NCBI RefSeq assembly: GCF_001194135.2
Contig: NC_068981.1
Span: 4,851,695 to 4,915,694, forward strand
Direction of reading: 5' to 3'
DNA: 64,000 bases
Origin: Octopus bimaculoides
Lineage: Eukaryota
Position 1 is the stretch's first letter. Each line of letters starts with the position of its first letter. Both the position numbers and the translations under genes were made by a program. The notes beneath the pieces were generated by a model. It was not told the origin of the DNA. It did not search any database and was given only the letters and a program-made list of their open reading frames with translations. Positions 52,238-64,000 of this stretch are shown piece by piece.

Positions 52238-52512
52238 TGTGTCCTTATACTTTTGAACAAGGGAATCTAGCACCCCCACTCAGCTCAAAACAATTATTCT
52301 ATACGAACAATTATTCTGTGCTGATGAAGGGAAATAACCCAGAATTCACAATACACAGATATTGTTTTGAGCTGAGTGCTAGATTCCCTTGTTTGAAAGT
52401 ATAAGGACACAGATCGTGTCAGCTGGAGACGATGTCTTCTGGGGCTAAATTACAGCAACATTCGTTCTAACCAGGACTGCCATGTTATGTTGGCAAACAA
52501 TCTTTACTACAG
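52234..52512 (+). mobile_element. Second fold-back repeat family with a degenerate hammerhead-like core
   Basis: Arms 52234-52294 and 52361-52415 are reverse complements. The loop contains ctgtg CTGATGA a GGG aaataa CCC a GAA ttcacaata cacag (52316-52358). The family also occurs at 53634-53878 and about 62170-62270. Confidence 0.6.
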
Positions 52513-53633
52513 CATTTCATCTTTCTTCACATATTGAGTTCAATTCCACTGCATTTGATTTTGCCTTTCACCCTCTCAGGATAAAATAAGTACCAGCTTT
52601 GCACTGGGGGTCAATTTAACTGCTTATCCTCTCTCCAGAACTTTTGTACCAAAATTTGAAACCATTCTTATTATTATCATTGTTATTACAGTATTCATGG
52701 AAAACACAGATTTTAAATGAAAAGTCTAAGGTTGTTATTTTCTTTTGAAATCTACAAAATTAACTTGTTTCTCTAATATTTCATATTGATGATTGTTGTT
52801 GAGGTTGTTGTTGTTGTTTTAATGAATCTCGTCAGCATTCTACATTCAAGGTCATATTTATTACTGATATCTTCCTCAGGCTATTGTCAATGTCCAATAG
52901 CAAATCAATGTGATTTAAAAGAAGTTTTATCAAGATTTTGAGGAATTTTTTTTTATTTTATTTATTTATTTTATTTTTAATCCTCAATATTAAAAAGATA
53001 TTCCACCAATCACAGATAATTTAAACAGGATCAAAAATAATTCTGCCTTCTTGTATTGGTGNNNNNNNNNNNNNNNNNNNNNNNNNNNNNNNNNNNNNNN
53101 NNNNNNNNNNNNNNNNNNNNNNNNNNNNNNNNNNNNNNNNNNNNNNNNNNNNNNNNNNNNNNNNNNNNNNNNNNNNNNNNNNNNNNNNNNNNNNNNNNNN
53201 NNNNNNNNNNNNNNNNNNNNNNNNNNNNNNNNNNNNNNNNNNNNNNNNNNNNNNNNNNNNNNNNNNNNNNNNNNNNNNNNNNNNNNNNNNNNNNNNNNNN
53301 NNNNNNNNNNNNNNNNNNNNNNNNNNNNNNNNNNNNNNNNNNNNNNNNNNNNNNNNNNNNNNNNNNNNNNNNNNNNNNNNNNNNNNNNNNNNNNNNNNNN
53401 NNNNNNNNNNNNNNNNNNNNNNNNNNNNNNNNNNNNNNNNNNNNNNNNNNNNNNNNNNNNNNNNNNNNNNNNNNNNNNNNNNNNNNNNNNNNNNNNNNNN
53501 NNNNNNNNNNNNNNNNNNNNNNNNNNNNNNNNNNNNNNNNNNNNNNNNNNNNNNNNNNNNNNNNNNNNNNNNNNNNNNNNNNNNNNNNNNNNNNNNNNNN
53601 NNNNNNNNNNNNNNNNNNNNNNNNNNNNNNNNC

Positions 53634-53878
53634 TTTGTAGTAAAGATTGTATGCCAACATAACATGGCAGTCCCGGTTTAGGATGAATGTTGCTGTAATT
53701 TAGCCCCAGGAGACATTGTCTCCAGCTGGCTATACGACACAATCTGTGTCGAAAGTATAAGGACACAGATCATGTCATATAGCCAGCTGGAGACTGTCTC
53801 CTGGGGCTAAATTACAGCAACATTAGTCCTAAACCAGGACTGCCATGTTATGTTGGCAAACAATCTTTACTACAAAAT
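53634..53878. repeat. ~245-bp palindrome of the same family as 52295-52512
   Basis: tttgtagtaaagattg...atctgtgtc, then gaaagtataag, then gacacagat...caatctttactacaaa. Confidence 0.85.
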
Positions 53879-53894
53879 AACTTATTTATCAAAG

Positions 53895-54070
53895 TTTTAA
53901 CCTCATCTCCTTCGAAACAGTCACCTTGCACAGCAATACACTGGTCCTAATGTTCCTGCCAGGTTTGGAATCTGGCCTGGAAATCATTTTCCGTAAACGA
54001 GCTGAAGCCATTTTGTGATTCACTCTGGATCTCGACAACCGTGTTAAAACGGTGACCCTTGAGCTGCCTT
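53895..54070 (-). mobile_element. Mariner transposase C-terminal remnant
   Basis: Translates LKGHRFNTVVEIQSESQ...FTENDFQARFQTWQEH*DQCIAVQGDCFEGDEV. Confidence 0.75.
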
Positions 54071-54631
54071 ATTTCTGAATAAGGGTTGTTTAAGGATGAT
54101 GAACAAAACATCTGTGTTTCCAAAGGTGAATTATCCAAACCCCAAAGAATTCCTCTCAACACATGGCTATGATGCTCCCCCACTACTTCTGCTCTTGATC
54201 AGAGATGCACATATCATCAGCCACCAAGGGACATGCTCAACTGGTTAAGGTCAAACAACTGACCAGCAAATCTGTGGTTTTGATATTATTATTATTATTA
54301 TTATTAAGATGGTGGCCTGGCAGATTTGTTACGGCACCAGAAAAAAATAATGCTTAGAAGCATCTCATCTGTCTTTACATTTTACATTCAAATTCTGTTG
54401 TGGGCTGACTTTAGTTTTCATCCTCTTGGGGTCAATAAAATAAGTATCAGTTGAGCCCCGGGGAAGGGATGGGGGTCGATGTAATTAACTTTCCCCTTCC
54501 CCTGAATTTGCTGGCCTTGTTTCAAAATTTGAAACCAATGTAACAGTTTTTGTTATTTCCCCCTGCTAAATTATAACAACCTTGCCCCTTCGTTTCAACA
54601 GCTCCCCCACCCCACCCCCTCAAGTACGTAC

Positions 54632-54951
54632 CTGAGGAATCCAAGCATTGAGATATACATGAGTGATAAGCTGTAATGGGGACATGAATTATAAAATTTC
54701 ATTGTGTGCACTTAAAACAGTTATTTATTGTGCTTACTTTGTCATACTTAAATGCCATAACAGGTTTCTCTTCCTATTTTGAAGAGTCTTTTTCATGGTC
54801 CAGTGAATAAGAGAGAAAAACAAGCTGATAATAATCTGCGTACACATTTACAAGGACAGTTGAGGTAATTGTTTCCTCTTCCGTAGTTTTTTGTTGTTGT
54901 TGTAAAACTTACAAAAAAATCTTTCAGTTTATCTTTAACTGTCAAATGTAC
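54632..54951 (-). CDS. Candidate cluster of three short phase-0 coding exons of an unidentified gene
   Basis: Exons 54913-54951 (cag|...|gtaagt), 54738-54773 (tag|...|gtaagc) and 54632-54670 (cag|...|gtacgt) splice in frame to VHLTVKDKLKDFFEEKPVMAFKYDKLITHVYLNAWIPQ. No homolog is recognised. Confidence 0.4.
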
Positions 54952-56944
54952 CTGAAACTGTTTGTTAAAGGTTGTGGACACATGAAGGTTACAATAAGCA
55001 TTGCTCTGCAGTAAGATCATATCTTGAATCTTGATGTAATTTTTTTGGACCTCTACATCAGTCCTGACTGAGTGAACTTATGATGAAAGACAGTCCAACC
55101 ATGATCATCTCACCTCTTTTGTTTTTTGATTTTTTTTTTTCAGGTTGCATTCTGAGTCACAATATCTAATATTTCCAGTTGATTTTAAAAGAAGTGGATT
55201 GTGATGCTTGAGGGAAATTTGGCTGCTATTTCTAGCAGGGAGAACAGCCACATTGAGGCCCTCTCGTAGGTGCAAGATAGCATGTGATTATTTTCTGATG
55301 GCAAGAATTTAATCTGTTGAAGAGCCTAAGATAGTAAAATATGACAGCCTCATATATTCATATAACTTAAGAGTATATAGTAATAGAGTGAGGTGGAAAA
55401 TGTTGATTGTGATTATTGAAATAAACAGTTGTTGAAGAAAAAAGGGAGATAATTCGAATAAGTTCAGTTGATTGAAATTTTTAGACACAGTAAGACACTG
55501 CAAATTGAAGTAGATCTCATCTTCAAAGTCAACAGGTGAAAGCAGTGATTTCTTTAGAAATGAAAAATATATATATTTGTTCATAGCAACAGTTGTTTCT
55601 GAGAAATTATGTTATAAATATAACCTGTAATATTTTTTTATTATGATTTATTAGAAATGTTAGCACAATCATGTTAATTGAGAAAAAGGGGGAATTATCA
55701 AAATACGTCTTTAAGAAAAATGGACATATCATAGTTGAGTCGTCACGGATAACATGTGGCCTGCAGGAGTTTGCGACTGGCACGTCTAATGAAAAATTAC
55801 CTTGAATTTGTTTTAGTATTGTGGCCTGCTTGTTAATAAGCCATATCTAATGCGGTCTACTTCTCAAAAAAGGTTGTCTGTACTTGTAGTAGAGCATAGT
55901 AAAGAGAAGATTCTTAAAAGTGGATCGTTGTATTTGTCATGTCATATACATATAAATTTGCAGTCGTTTTAACTAATTCCTAGGTGTGGTATCTTAACTG
56001 ATATGGCATTCACTTTCATGACACAATCCAGGACGAAATAATATGGGACATTATTATGTTACACACATTCTATATTTATATATATNNNNNNNNNNNNNNN
56101 NNNNNNNNNNNNNNNNNNNNNNNNNNNNNNNNNNNNNNNNNNNNNNNNNNNNNNNNNNNNNNNNNNNNNNNNNNNNTAGAATTCATAGGATAACTTTTAG
56201 TCGTCGCAAACAACTCCCTGAATGCTAACAATACATGAGATGAAAGCTGGAAAGATATTTAAAGCAAGAAAAGTAGCTCAGAAGTCTGTTCTGATGGAAT
56301 AAACGAAACGACTTGATCTCTTTTAATGTTTTTTTTTTCTTTCTACGTTATTAGTTTCCGTTTTTACCAGTCTTCTTATTAGGGTCATTTATCATATTCT
56401 TCGTAACGAAGTCCACTTTTGAAAAGTTCAGTTATTCGTTATCATGCACAACATTTATTAATTGTTATTTAAAGAGAATCATTTCTCGAAGAATTCTCAA
56501 AGACTTACATAAGATTTGTTTGTTCGTAGTTCTTAAAGAATGAGTTAGTGTGACAATAAAAACGATAAATTTGTTTCCAAATGAAGTCATTAGTAGAAAT
56601 AAATTCTAACCGAACAGGATCACTACACAAGTTTGATAGTCAAACATTCCTTGAGTAAACGGAAGAGGCCGAAAAAGTTTGAAGTTTAAAACTGAATAGA
56701 TTGGCGAGTTCATTCATTAGAAATATCAATTCTATGAGGAATAATCGAACTGGATTTGTTTTCTTTTTCCATAATAGATTGAATAATAAGATGTCACTGC
56801 TTTATTAATAATGTTCGGGAATACATAGAATAGAAAACTATACAAGTGTTTCTCTTAATCTATTGTTAATTCGATGTGTCATCGCCTCGAGACCAGCCAG
56901 TAGCTGACTTGAAAACTTGGCGGAGTTGTGTTGAGAAGTGTGAA

Positions 56945-57490
56945 GGGCAGAGAGAGGAGGAAAGAGAGATAGAAAGGCAGAGAGAGGAGGAAAGAGAGAT
57001 AGAAAGGCAGAGAGGGAAGAGGAAAGAGAGATGATATGCTAAAACAAGGGAGTAAGGAGAGGGAGAGTATAATAGATAATGTGACAGAACAAGGGGGGAA
57101 GAAAGAGAGAGATAGTATGAAATAATGAATACGAGTCGAGAGCGAGAAATAGAGTGAGACAAAGAGGAGAGATGACGTGACAGAAAGAGAAAGACTAAGG
57201 GAAATAATAAGGTGACAGAACGAGAAAGGATGGAAAATATACTGTGAGAGAGGAGAGAGGGAGAGATAATATAAGAAAACAACGAGGGAAGAAAGGGGAA
57301 GAGAAAGAGAGAGATGTCAGCAGGAAAGAGGAGAGAAAAAGAATAAGAGGGAGAAACAGAGGGATAGAGGAAGAGGGAAAGTGAGAAAAGTGAATAGTGA
57401 AGCAGAGGGTGGGAATTGTCAAAATAGATAGAGAGAAAGTAAGGAAAGAGGGAGAAAAAGAAAACTATAAAGATAGTAGAGAGGGGGAGA
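56945..57490. repeat. GA-rich low-complexity tract
   Basis: Almost purine-only + strand with a short internal duplication (agggcagagagaggaggaaagagagatagaa). Confidence 0.85.
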
Positions 57491-58999
57491 AGGTTTGCTG
57501 GTAAACTAGTGTTGCAGCTGTTTACCCATAATCCACCATGTAAACATTAAATATGGCAGCTTCCAGGGCTGTTTTAAAGTGCAGCAGTTGTACCGGTCTT
57601 TCCAGGAATACATCCTTAATAATGTGCCAACGTTCTACACCGTAATTGCATTGTAGTCATCTGTTAGATATTGTTTTTCACAGTGAGTTCAGTAAAGTGT
57701 GCTTTATATCCGTGTGAGTCCTATTATTTGCCTGTGGAATGAGCCAGCGAGAGAGAGACACCTCAGTAGCGGTATGTTGACATGGACAACAATATAATCC
57801 AGTCCCCCGTCTCTTGACTGCCACTAAACGTTATTATATCCATCGCTTTACACACTCGGAAATTCACCCTTACCATTATCTTTTACTAATCATTGGATGT
57901 TACCCTGCTGGTATCTGTGATCTACCCGAAAGTAACGAAGATAAAGGTGAGCATCGCTTTTACTTTGATTCAAAGAAGAAAAAAATGATAAAAATTCCAT
58001 ATTTTTCTCGTTTTTTCTTATTAAATAATGTAATTCTAAATTGCATGTTTTATTTTCATTCACGCTGTTCTGGTTGCAATTCGGCGCTATTCTTTAACAT
58101 AATTATCTTTATTATTCGAGTTAATATCGCTGTTGGCATCTCGTATCTTCCGTAACTATTGATTGTGTAATATATTATTATTATTATTAATTATTATTTA
58201 TTATAACATCATGCAATCATTTACCAAATGATAACCAGGAACTGTGACTATATTCGATGCTTTGAGGTAAACTTTAAGGGAGTTTCTTTAAATTCTCAAC
58301 TTTTCCAAAAGCAGAATATTTTTTTAATTCATTCGAATTAAATTTTCAAGAAACCTCATTTATATGACAGCTTAATGAAAATATGTAGAGAGGTACACAA
58401 AGAAATGGTTATAAAACTGTTCTTGTGTTTTTTATTTCCTAATTCTTTCGTTATGCGTAAAAAAACGAATTCTAGAAATGGACAGTTGTGGTGTATTTAG
58501 ATATTTGCTTCGTTGTTTCAGTTTCGAATTTCAGTTCTCCTGCAAGACATGCCGGTACAACTCGGTTCTGGAAATGGCTTGTTATAAAACCGCTTCGAAT
58601 AATTTCCAATGTAACGAAGTTTGTTGTCTGTAAACTCGAAGGAATTCTAGTTTCTTTGGTTTAAAACAAATCTGTTCGATTTGTTAGTCCTATCCTCCGT
58701 CATTTAGTCAGCTGCTTCGAATGTCCGGTAGAATGTGACTAAGGAGGGCCACTGGTCTTTCTCTTCTCACATCTCTCCTATGTGAAACTGAAATTCGAAA
58801 ATCGACAAACCATGAAATAACAGACAAAAATTTCCGTCCAGCTAAGTCCAGCTGGTTTTCTTTTTATATATCCAAAGCTTACGCCACATATGTGTAAGGT
58901 GTGTATGCATCTGTGTGAATATGTGCACACACACATAGAAATATATGAAGCACAATACACATATGTATGTAGGTAGGTATAATCTGCAGCTTAAACTAC

Positions 59000-59040
<41 letters not shown>

Positions 59041-62000
59041 AAAGAACGAGAAGTCGAATCATGCATTGGAAAAGAGGAAGTCGAATTATAATTTGTATAT
59101 ATATATATATGTGTGTTATTTTATACTGAATAACAAGTATTTTGTCTGTGTTATCGATTGCAAAATAAGCGATTGTTTATATATATATGTATGTATATAT
59201 ATATGTATATATATATATATATATGTATGTATGTCTTGGCGTCTTTCTGTAACGAAAGAATTCCTACTGAAAATACGCAAATGCCACGACACGTTTCCAT
59301 CATAACCATCATGATAGTAAATATTAAGTTGCATTTACTTGACAGTGGTGGTCGGGGTATGTGGTCTTCTTGACTGAAATAGGCAGTGGATACCTATTAC
59401 TACTACTACTATCACCGCTATATATATATACTTATATATATATACGTGTGTTTGATTGATTGTCTTCGTCTCGGACTTTTCTCGTGTGTGTGTAGATATA
59501 TCAAAACCTGTCGCTTGTCTCTCTTCATACATTTTCAGCTCCACGTGAGATGAACGTTTTAATATTCTACCGAGCAACTCTGGTTAGGATATCACTTGGC
59601 GATACAGCAACCAGCTATTTACTGTCCCTTTTCCCCCTCCTTTTCTACGACTATCAATAAATACTATAACATATTGATAACATATCAATACTAGAAAACA
59701 GCTTTATTATCCGACTTTACTATTAAAGGGGTGTGTGTGTATTGTGACGTACTTTGTACCCCCACCACAGAAAGGCCTTGGTGTGGGGAGAAGAATATGA
59801 AAGGGAATTATTATAGAGTCGTACATGTAAAAGACTAAAAGACCTAGTATTTGTGGAATAGTGTTAGTTCTTTTGCCTTCGAAAGAATATTACATGCTGT
59901 CGTCTCGTGACATGACTTGTAGGGGGTTTTAAGGTAGAATTTCCAGAACACACGTTATAATTTAAGCGCTAAATAATTCAACTTGAATAGTCAATTACTT
60001 CTTCTCTTGAGAAATGCCCTCGCTCGTGGCAATGATAATTGCTGTCTTCAATAATAAAACCTGCTGCCGTAGTATTTACATTCTCGGTTTAATGTCGATG
60101 CCTTTGAGCTTAAATTGCCTTCTTCACCTACAAATTGTTTGTATTGTTGTGAAAATTAAGACGTCTATTTGTTTTTCCTTATAATAAAGTTGTTGCTTCT
60201 CAAAAATAACTGATTTATTTATGTTGAAGCCAAGTCCTACAGCTATAAAAATAACGTGAATATATAATATTGCCAAATGAATATCGCATATTAAATATTG
60301 CTGTTATAAAGGATACGTGTCTTCAATACAATTTATATTGTTGACTCCACATTAGATTTGCTTAAGTAGACCTGTTATTTAAGGGTATTCCAGCTATGAC
60401 CATCCTGTTTTAAGGATATCTAGGGCCACATCATTCAATGTATCCGATCTCATTTTTTTTTTCTTTGAAAACACTCGAGTGCAATTTGAGGGAGATTTGG
60501 TCGCTACATCTAGCAGGTCGAGCGACAACGTAAAGGCTCCATTGTTGCTTCATAGACAAGTTGTGTGTATTGTATGGGCAATCTCGGTTAGAATGGTTTG
60601 CCTTGGATTTTCAAGTCGGAAGACATCAACTTAACGCGCGCGGGTGCGCGTGTAGGCACAGTAATGGTTAAGTTCGTTTCGCAACTACGAAATCCCGAGT
60701 TCGATCCCACTGCTAGACGTCCTGGTCAACTGTATAGCCTTTTCTATAGCCTCGAGTCAATACATACCTTCTGAGTGGAATTGTGTGAACGGTACAGCTT
60801 TGCCACATACTGTCATGCTTATTCTTCCTCATCACTACATTAAGGGTGACAGACGTCTGTGGAATACTCGGACACAATTCATTCAGTTGACCGAACACCA
60901 AAGAAGTGAATCCTCTTCGTTTAAACGACGAAGATCCCCCACCCCGCTATTTCAGACAGGAAGTCACCAACTTTTAGACATAATTGAATTAGTTTTCACG
61001 AAGGAAGACACCGACTTGGGACGTTTGACCAAACGGTAAGTCCTCTCCTATCTGTTCTATTGCTTCTCTCCTTGTCTCTCGACTTATTTTCCTATTTTTT
61101 TCAATTCTTTCTTAAACTTTGGCAATAAATTCACTTCTAGAACGGTTTATTTATTGATCTATTTGTCACGCTTGGTTTTGTTGAACAAAAACAAAAACCA
61201 ACAATGAAACCATGGTTATAGAACTCTCGGTGAGTTCCAATAGAGTAGACGGAGTCTTGGAATAGCTATCACCACCCCTAGGAGAAAGAAAAGGAGACAG
61301 AATTGAGTGGTGATGGGGGATGGGGTATTTTAGTTTTGTTTTTTTTTACTATTCTTTCTGTGGGTAATTGTATAAGTTTACTCGAAAAGGGAACAGAATT
61401 TGGGTATCAAAATGTAAAAACATTAACCCTTTTTTTAACAAACAAAAAAATTCTTTCACAAGGAAACAACTGCCCAAATTTTCCCCCACTTTTCCTTGAC
61501 CATGATGTAGTTAGTGATAGCTATTCCGAAAGACCATCGATCACCGTTTGGAGACAGGTGATAGTAAAATTCCAAAATTTCCAGCCTTTCTTCCCTTTTT
61601 TTTTTTTTTTTTTTTTTTTTTTGTACCGTTTTCTTCCCCATGAGGTATGGATTGCTATTTCAAAGCTAGGATCAGGTAAGATCAAATTTAAACACGATTC
61701 ACTTGAAATATCAGTTTAATTTTTCACTTTCCGTGGTTGCATGAGTTGGACAGTCAGAGACGGATTTTCCACAGCCAGATGCTCTTCCTGTTGCCACCCT
61801 CCACCCGTTTCCAAGCAAGGTAATGTTTCCTCGTGGCAGGACATGTTTTTGCAGAATATTGGAAACGAAAGGCACCGCTTGTATGACAGTGATGCGCATG
61901 CACACACACACACACGACGGTCTTCTTTCAGTTTCCATCTACCAGTTTGACTTGCAAGGCTTTGGCTGGTCTGTAGCTATAGTAGACACTTTGCCCCAGG

Positions 62001-63680
62001 AACCACATAGTGGAACTGAACCCAGATCTGTGTGGTTGAGAAGCAAACTTCTTAACTGCACAGCCACTCCTGCACCTACAAGTCGTTTGCTGAATTGGTC
62101 ACACTTCACTTGATATCATTCAAACCCTCCCTGTATTATCATTTTCAAACATCTAAACTAATGGAGTAAGGATTATTTGCCAACATAACATGGCAGTCCT
62201 GGTTTAGGACGAATGTTGCTGTAATTTAGCCCCAGGAGGCATCGTCTCCAACTGGCTATACAACACGATCTTAACAAGCTAATCTTTATTTTAAATGCCT
62301 TCTTTTTAACTTGGATAGTTTGTCTTTTATCGTTCACTTGTTTTGGTCATTAGACTGCAGCCATGCTGGGGCACTGCCTTGAAGAATTATTAGTCAAATT
62401 AATCAACCCCAGTACTTTTTTTTTCCCCAAGATCTTCTTTTGAATGTTAACAATGGAATCTGATTGCACTTTTGACTGAGCAGTTCAGCAAACCATCAAT
62501 TCCTGTAAACAGTCATTCAACTTTTACTCCAATTCTCTAAAACTTTCTTGTCGTAAAGTCATTCATGCCAAAGCAGATAACTGGAGCCTGGTGCAGCTCA
62601 ACAGCTTTGCCAGCTCCTGTCAAACCATCCAACCCATGCCAGCATGGAAAACTGATATCAAATGATAATGATCTCCCTTATCATGAATATATTACCAGCA
62701 AAGCAGTAAATTCATTTAGCAATGAGGTTGCACATTCTTTTACATTATGGCCTTCTGTTATGCTTCAGTGCTTTTCACTGACCATTATTTTTGCTCTTTA
62801 AATACTCTCAAGTGGATTCTAGAGTTTAGGTCTGTCAAATAGCAGGTCAAACAATTTCTACAAATTCCTCATCATAAAGATGAGGAATGTGGGTTTTTTT
62901 GTTTCCATTTCACTGGTGCCATGTAAAAGAGCACTGGTGCTGGTTCCATGTAAAAAGCACCCAATACACTCTGTAAAGGGGTTAGTGTTAGGAAGGGCAT
63001 CCAGCTTTAGAAACCATAGTGGAACCTGGTGCGGCTCCTGGCCTTACTAACTCCTGTCAAACTGCTCACTCCATCCCTATATGGAAAACCGATATTAAAT
63101 GATGATGATGAAATGACACGCAAGAAAGTAGTGCACCTGTTCTAAAACCAGGGCTAGCCTCAAAAAAAGAACACTGTCAGAACATAGACACCATTCATTA
63201 GAACATAACTGATATGTCTGAGATCTAGTCCTTGTCTTAATGATAAGGGAGCAGCAATTAAACTCACTTTTTGATTAGTTAGTCCGGGGAGAAGAGGAGG
63301 CAGTGCTTATCACATTTACAGGTTGTCCCAGACTGGTGAGATTGATGTGGTTAATGTTCAGTCTGAATAGCTACAGGAAAGATATGAGGGAAATGGTTTC
63401 AATGGAATGCTTATAACAGAACAAACTTTAAAGAACCCCCTCTCCCAAAGATCAGTTGCTGTGTTTGGGTAACCCCAGTGTAACACCCTCACTACTTAAT
63501 TCACACGATGTCTGCCCATCATTTTAATCTCATGACTCAATGAGAGAGTCTATATATGGTTGCTGCATCCACTAGAAATAGCATTCAAGTCACTCTTAAA
63601 TTACACCTGTGTTAAAAGGGGGAGGATACAGGAGTTAATGTGGTCCCTAATCATCATTTAATGTCCTCCTCCCATGGACA

Positions 63681-63936
63681 TTATTTACATTTGACGGATA
63701 TTTGTCCTCATCTTATTTGTTGTTAACACAATGCTTCGGCTGATATACCCTCCAGCCTTCATCAGGTGTCTTGGAGAAATTTCGAACCTGGGTTCTCATT
63801 CCTAAGGTATTTATTATTATTATTCAGGTCACTGCCTGGAATCGAACTTGGAATCTTGGGGTTAGTAGCTTGCGTTCTTAACCACTATGCCATATGCCCA
63901 TGAGCAACAAACAAGATGAGGACAAATATCCATCAA
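63681..63936 (-). mobile_element. Third copy of the tRNA-headed hammerhead element plus an inverted tail remnant
   Basis: Element on the minus strand at 63681-63899 with a canonical A-box TGGCATAGTGG and B-box GTTCGATTC. The hammerhead at 63725-63770 is mutated (GAAGCATT). A plus-strand tail caacaaacaagatgaggacaaatatccatcaa lies at 63905-63936. Confidence 0.8.
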
Positions 63937-64000
63937 GAAGGGCATCCAGCTGTAGAAACTCTGCCAGATCAGATTGGAGCCTGGTGCAACCATTTGGTTC

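Noticed and set aside
57814-58155. 113-aa ORF in the promoter-like zone
   Set aside because: It has a TTG start with an in-frame stop shortly upstream, runs through a probable splice donor into AT-rich sequence, and has no recognisable domain.

Overview
AT-rich, microsatellite-rich animal genomic scaffold with many N gaps. The SINE/LINE repertoire points to an octopus genome, most likely O. bimaculoides-type (inference). The one clearly supported host CDS is the 3' part of a C2H2 zinc-finger gene at the window start (<1-1224, +). Its frame is open to base 1 and contains an extra finger upstream of the annotated Met. The rest is dominated by mobile DNA: three tRNA-headed SINE families, RTE LINE 3' ends, R4/Dong-type restriction-endonuclease LINE fragments, an L1/Tx1 3' end, a Helitron helicase remnant, a decayed maT/DD37D-like Tc1-mariner, a mariner fold-back and hAT/piggyBac-like MITEs. 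The most notable signal is a tRNA-headed (Pol III A/B-box) short element carrying a minimal type-I hammerhead ribozyme of the Penelope-like kind. It forms a ~465-bp head-to-head palindrome at 13622-14087 and recurs at 63681-63936. A second family with a degenerate hammerhead core shows the same fold-back architecture at 52234-52512 and 53634-53878. Candidate short exons of an unannotated minus-strand gene lie at 54632-54951, next to a CpG-retaining, promoter-like zone at about 55.7-61.3 kb. All alignments were done by eye, so repeat boundaries are approximate unless termini are quoted.
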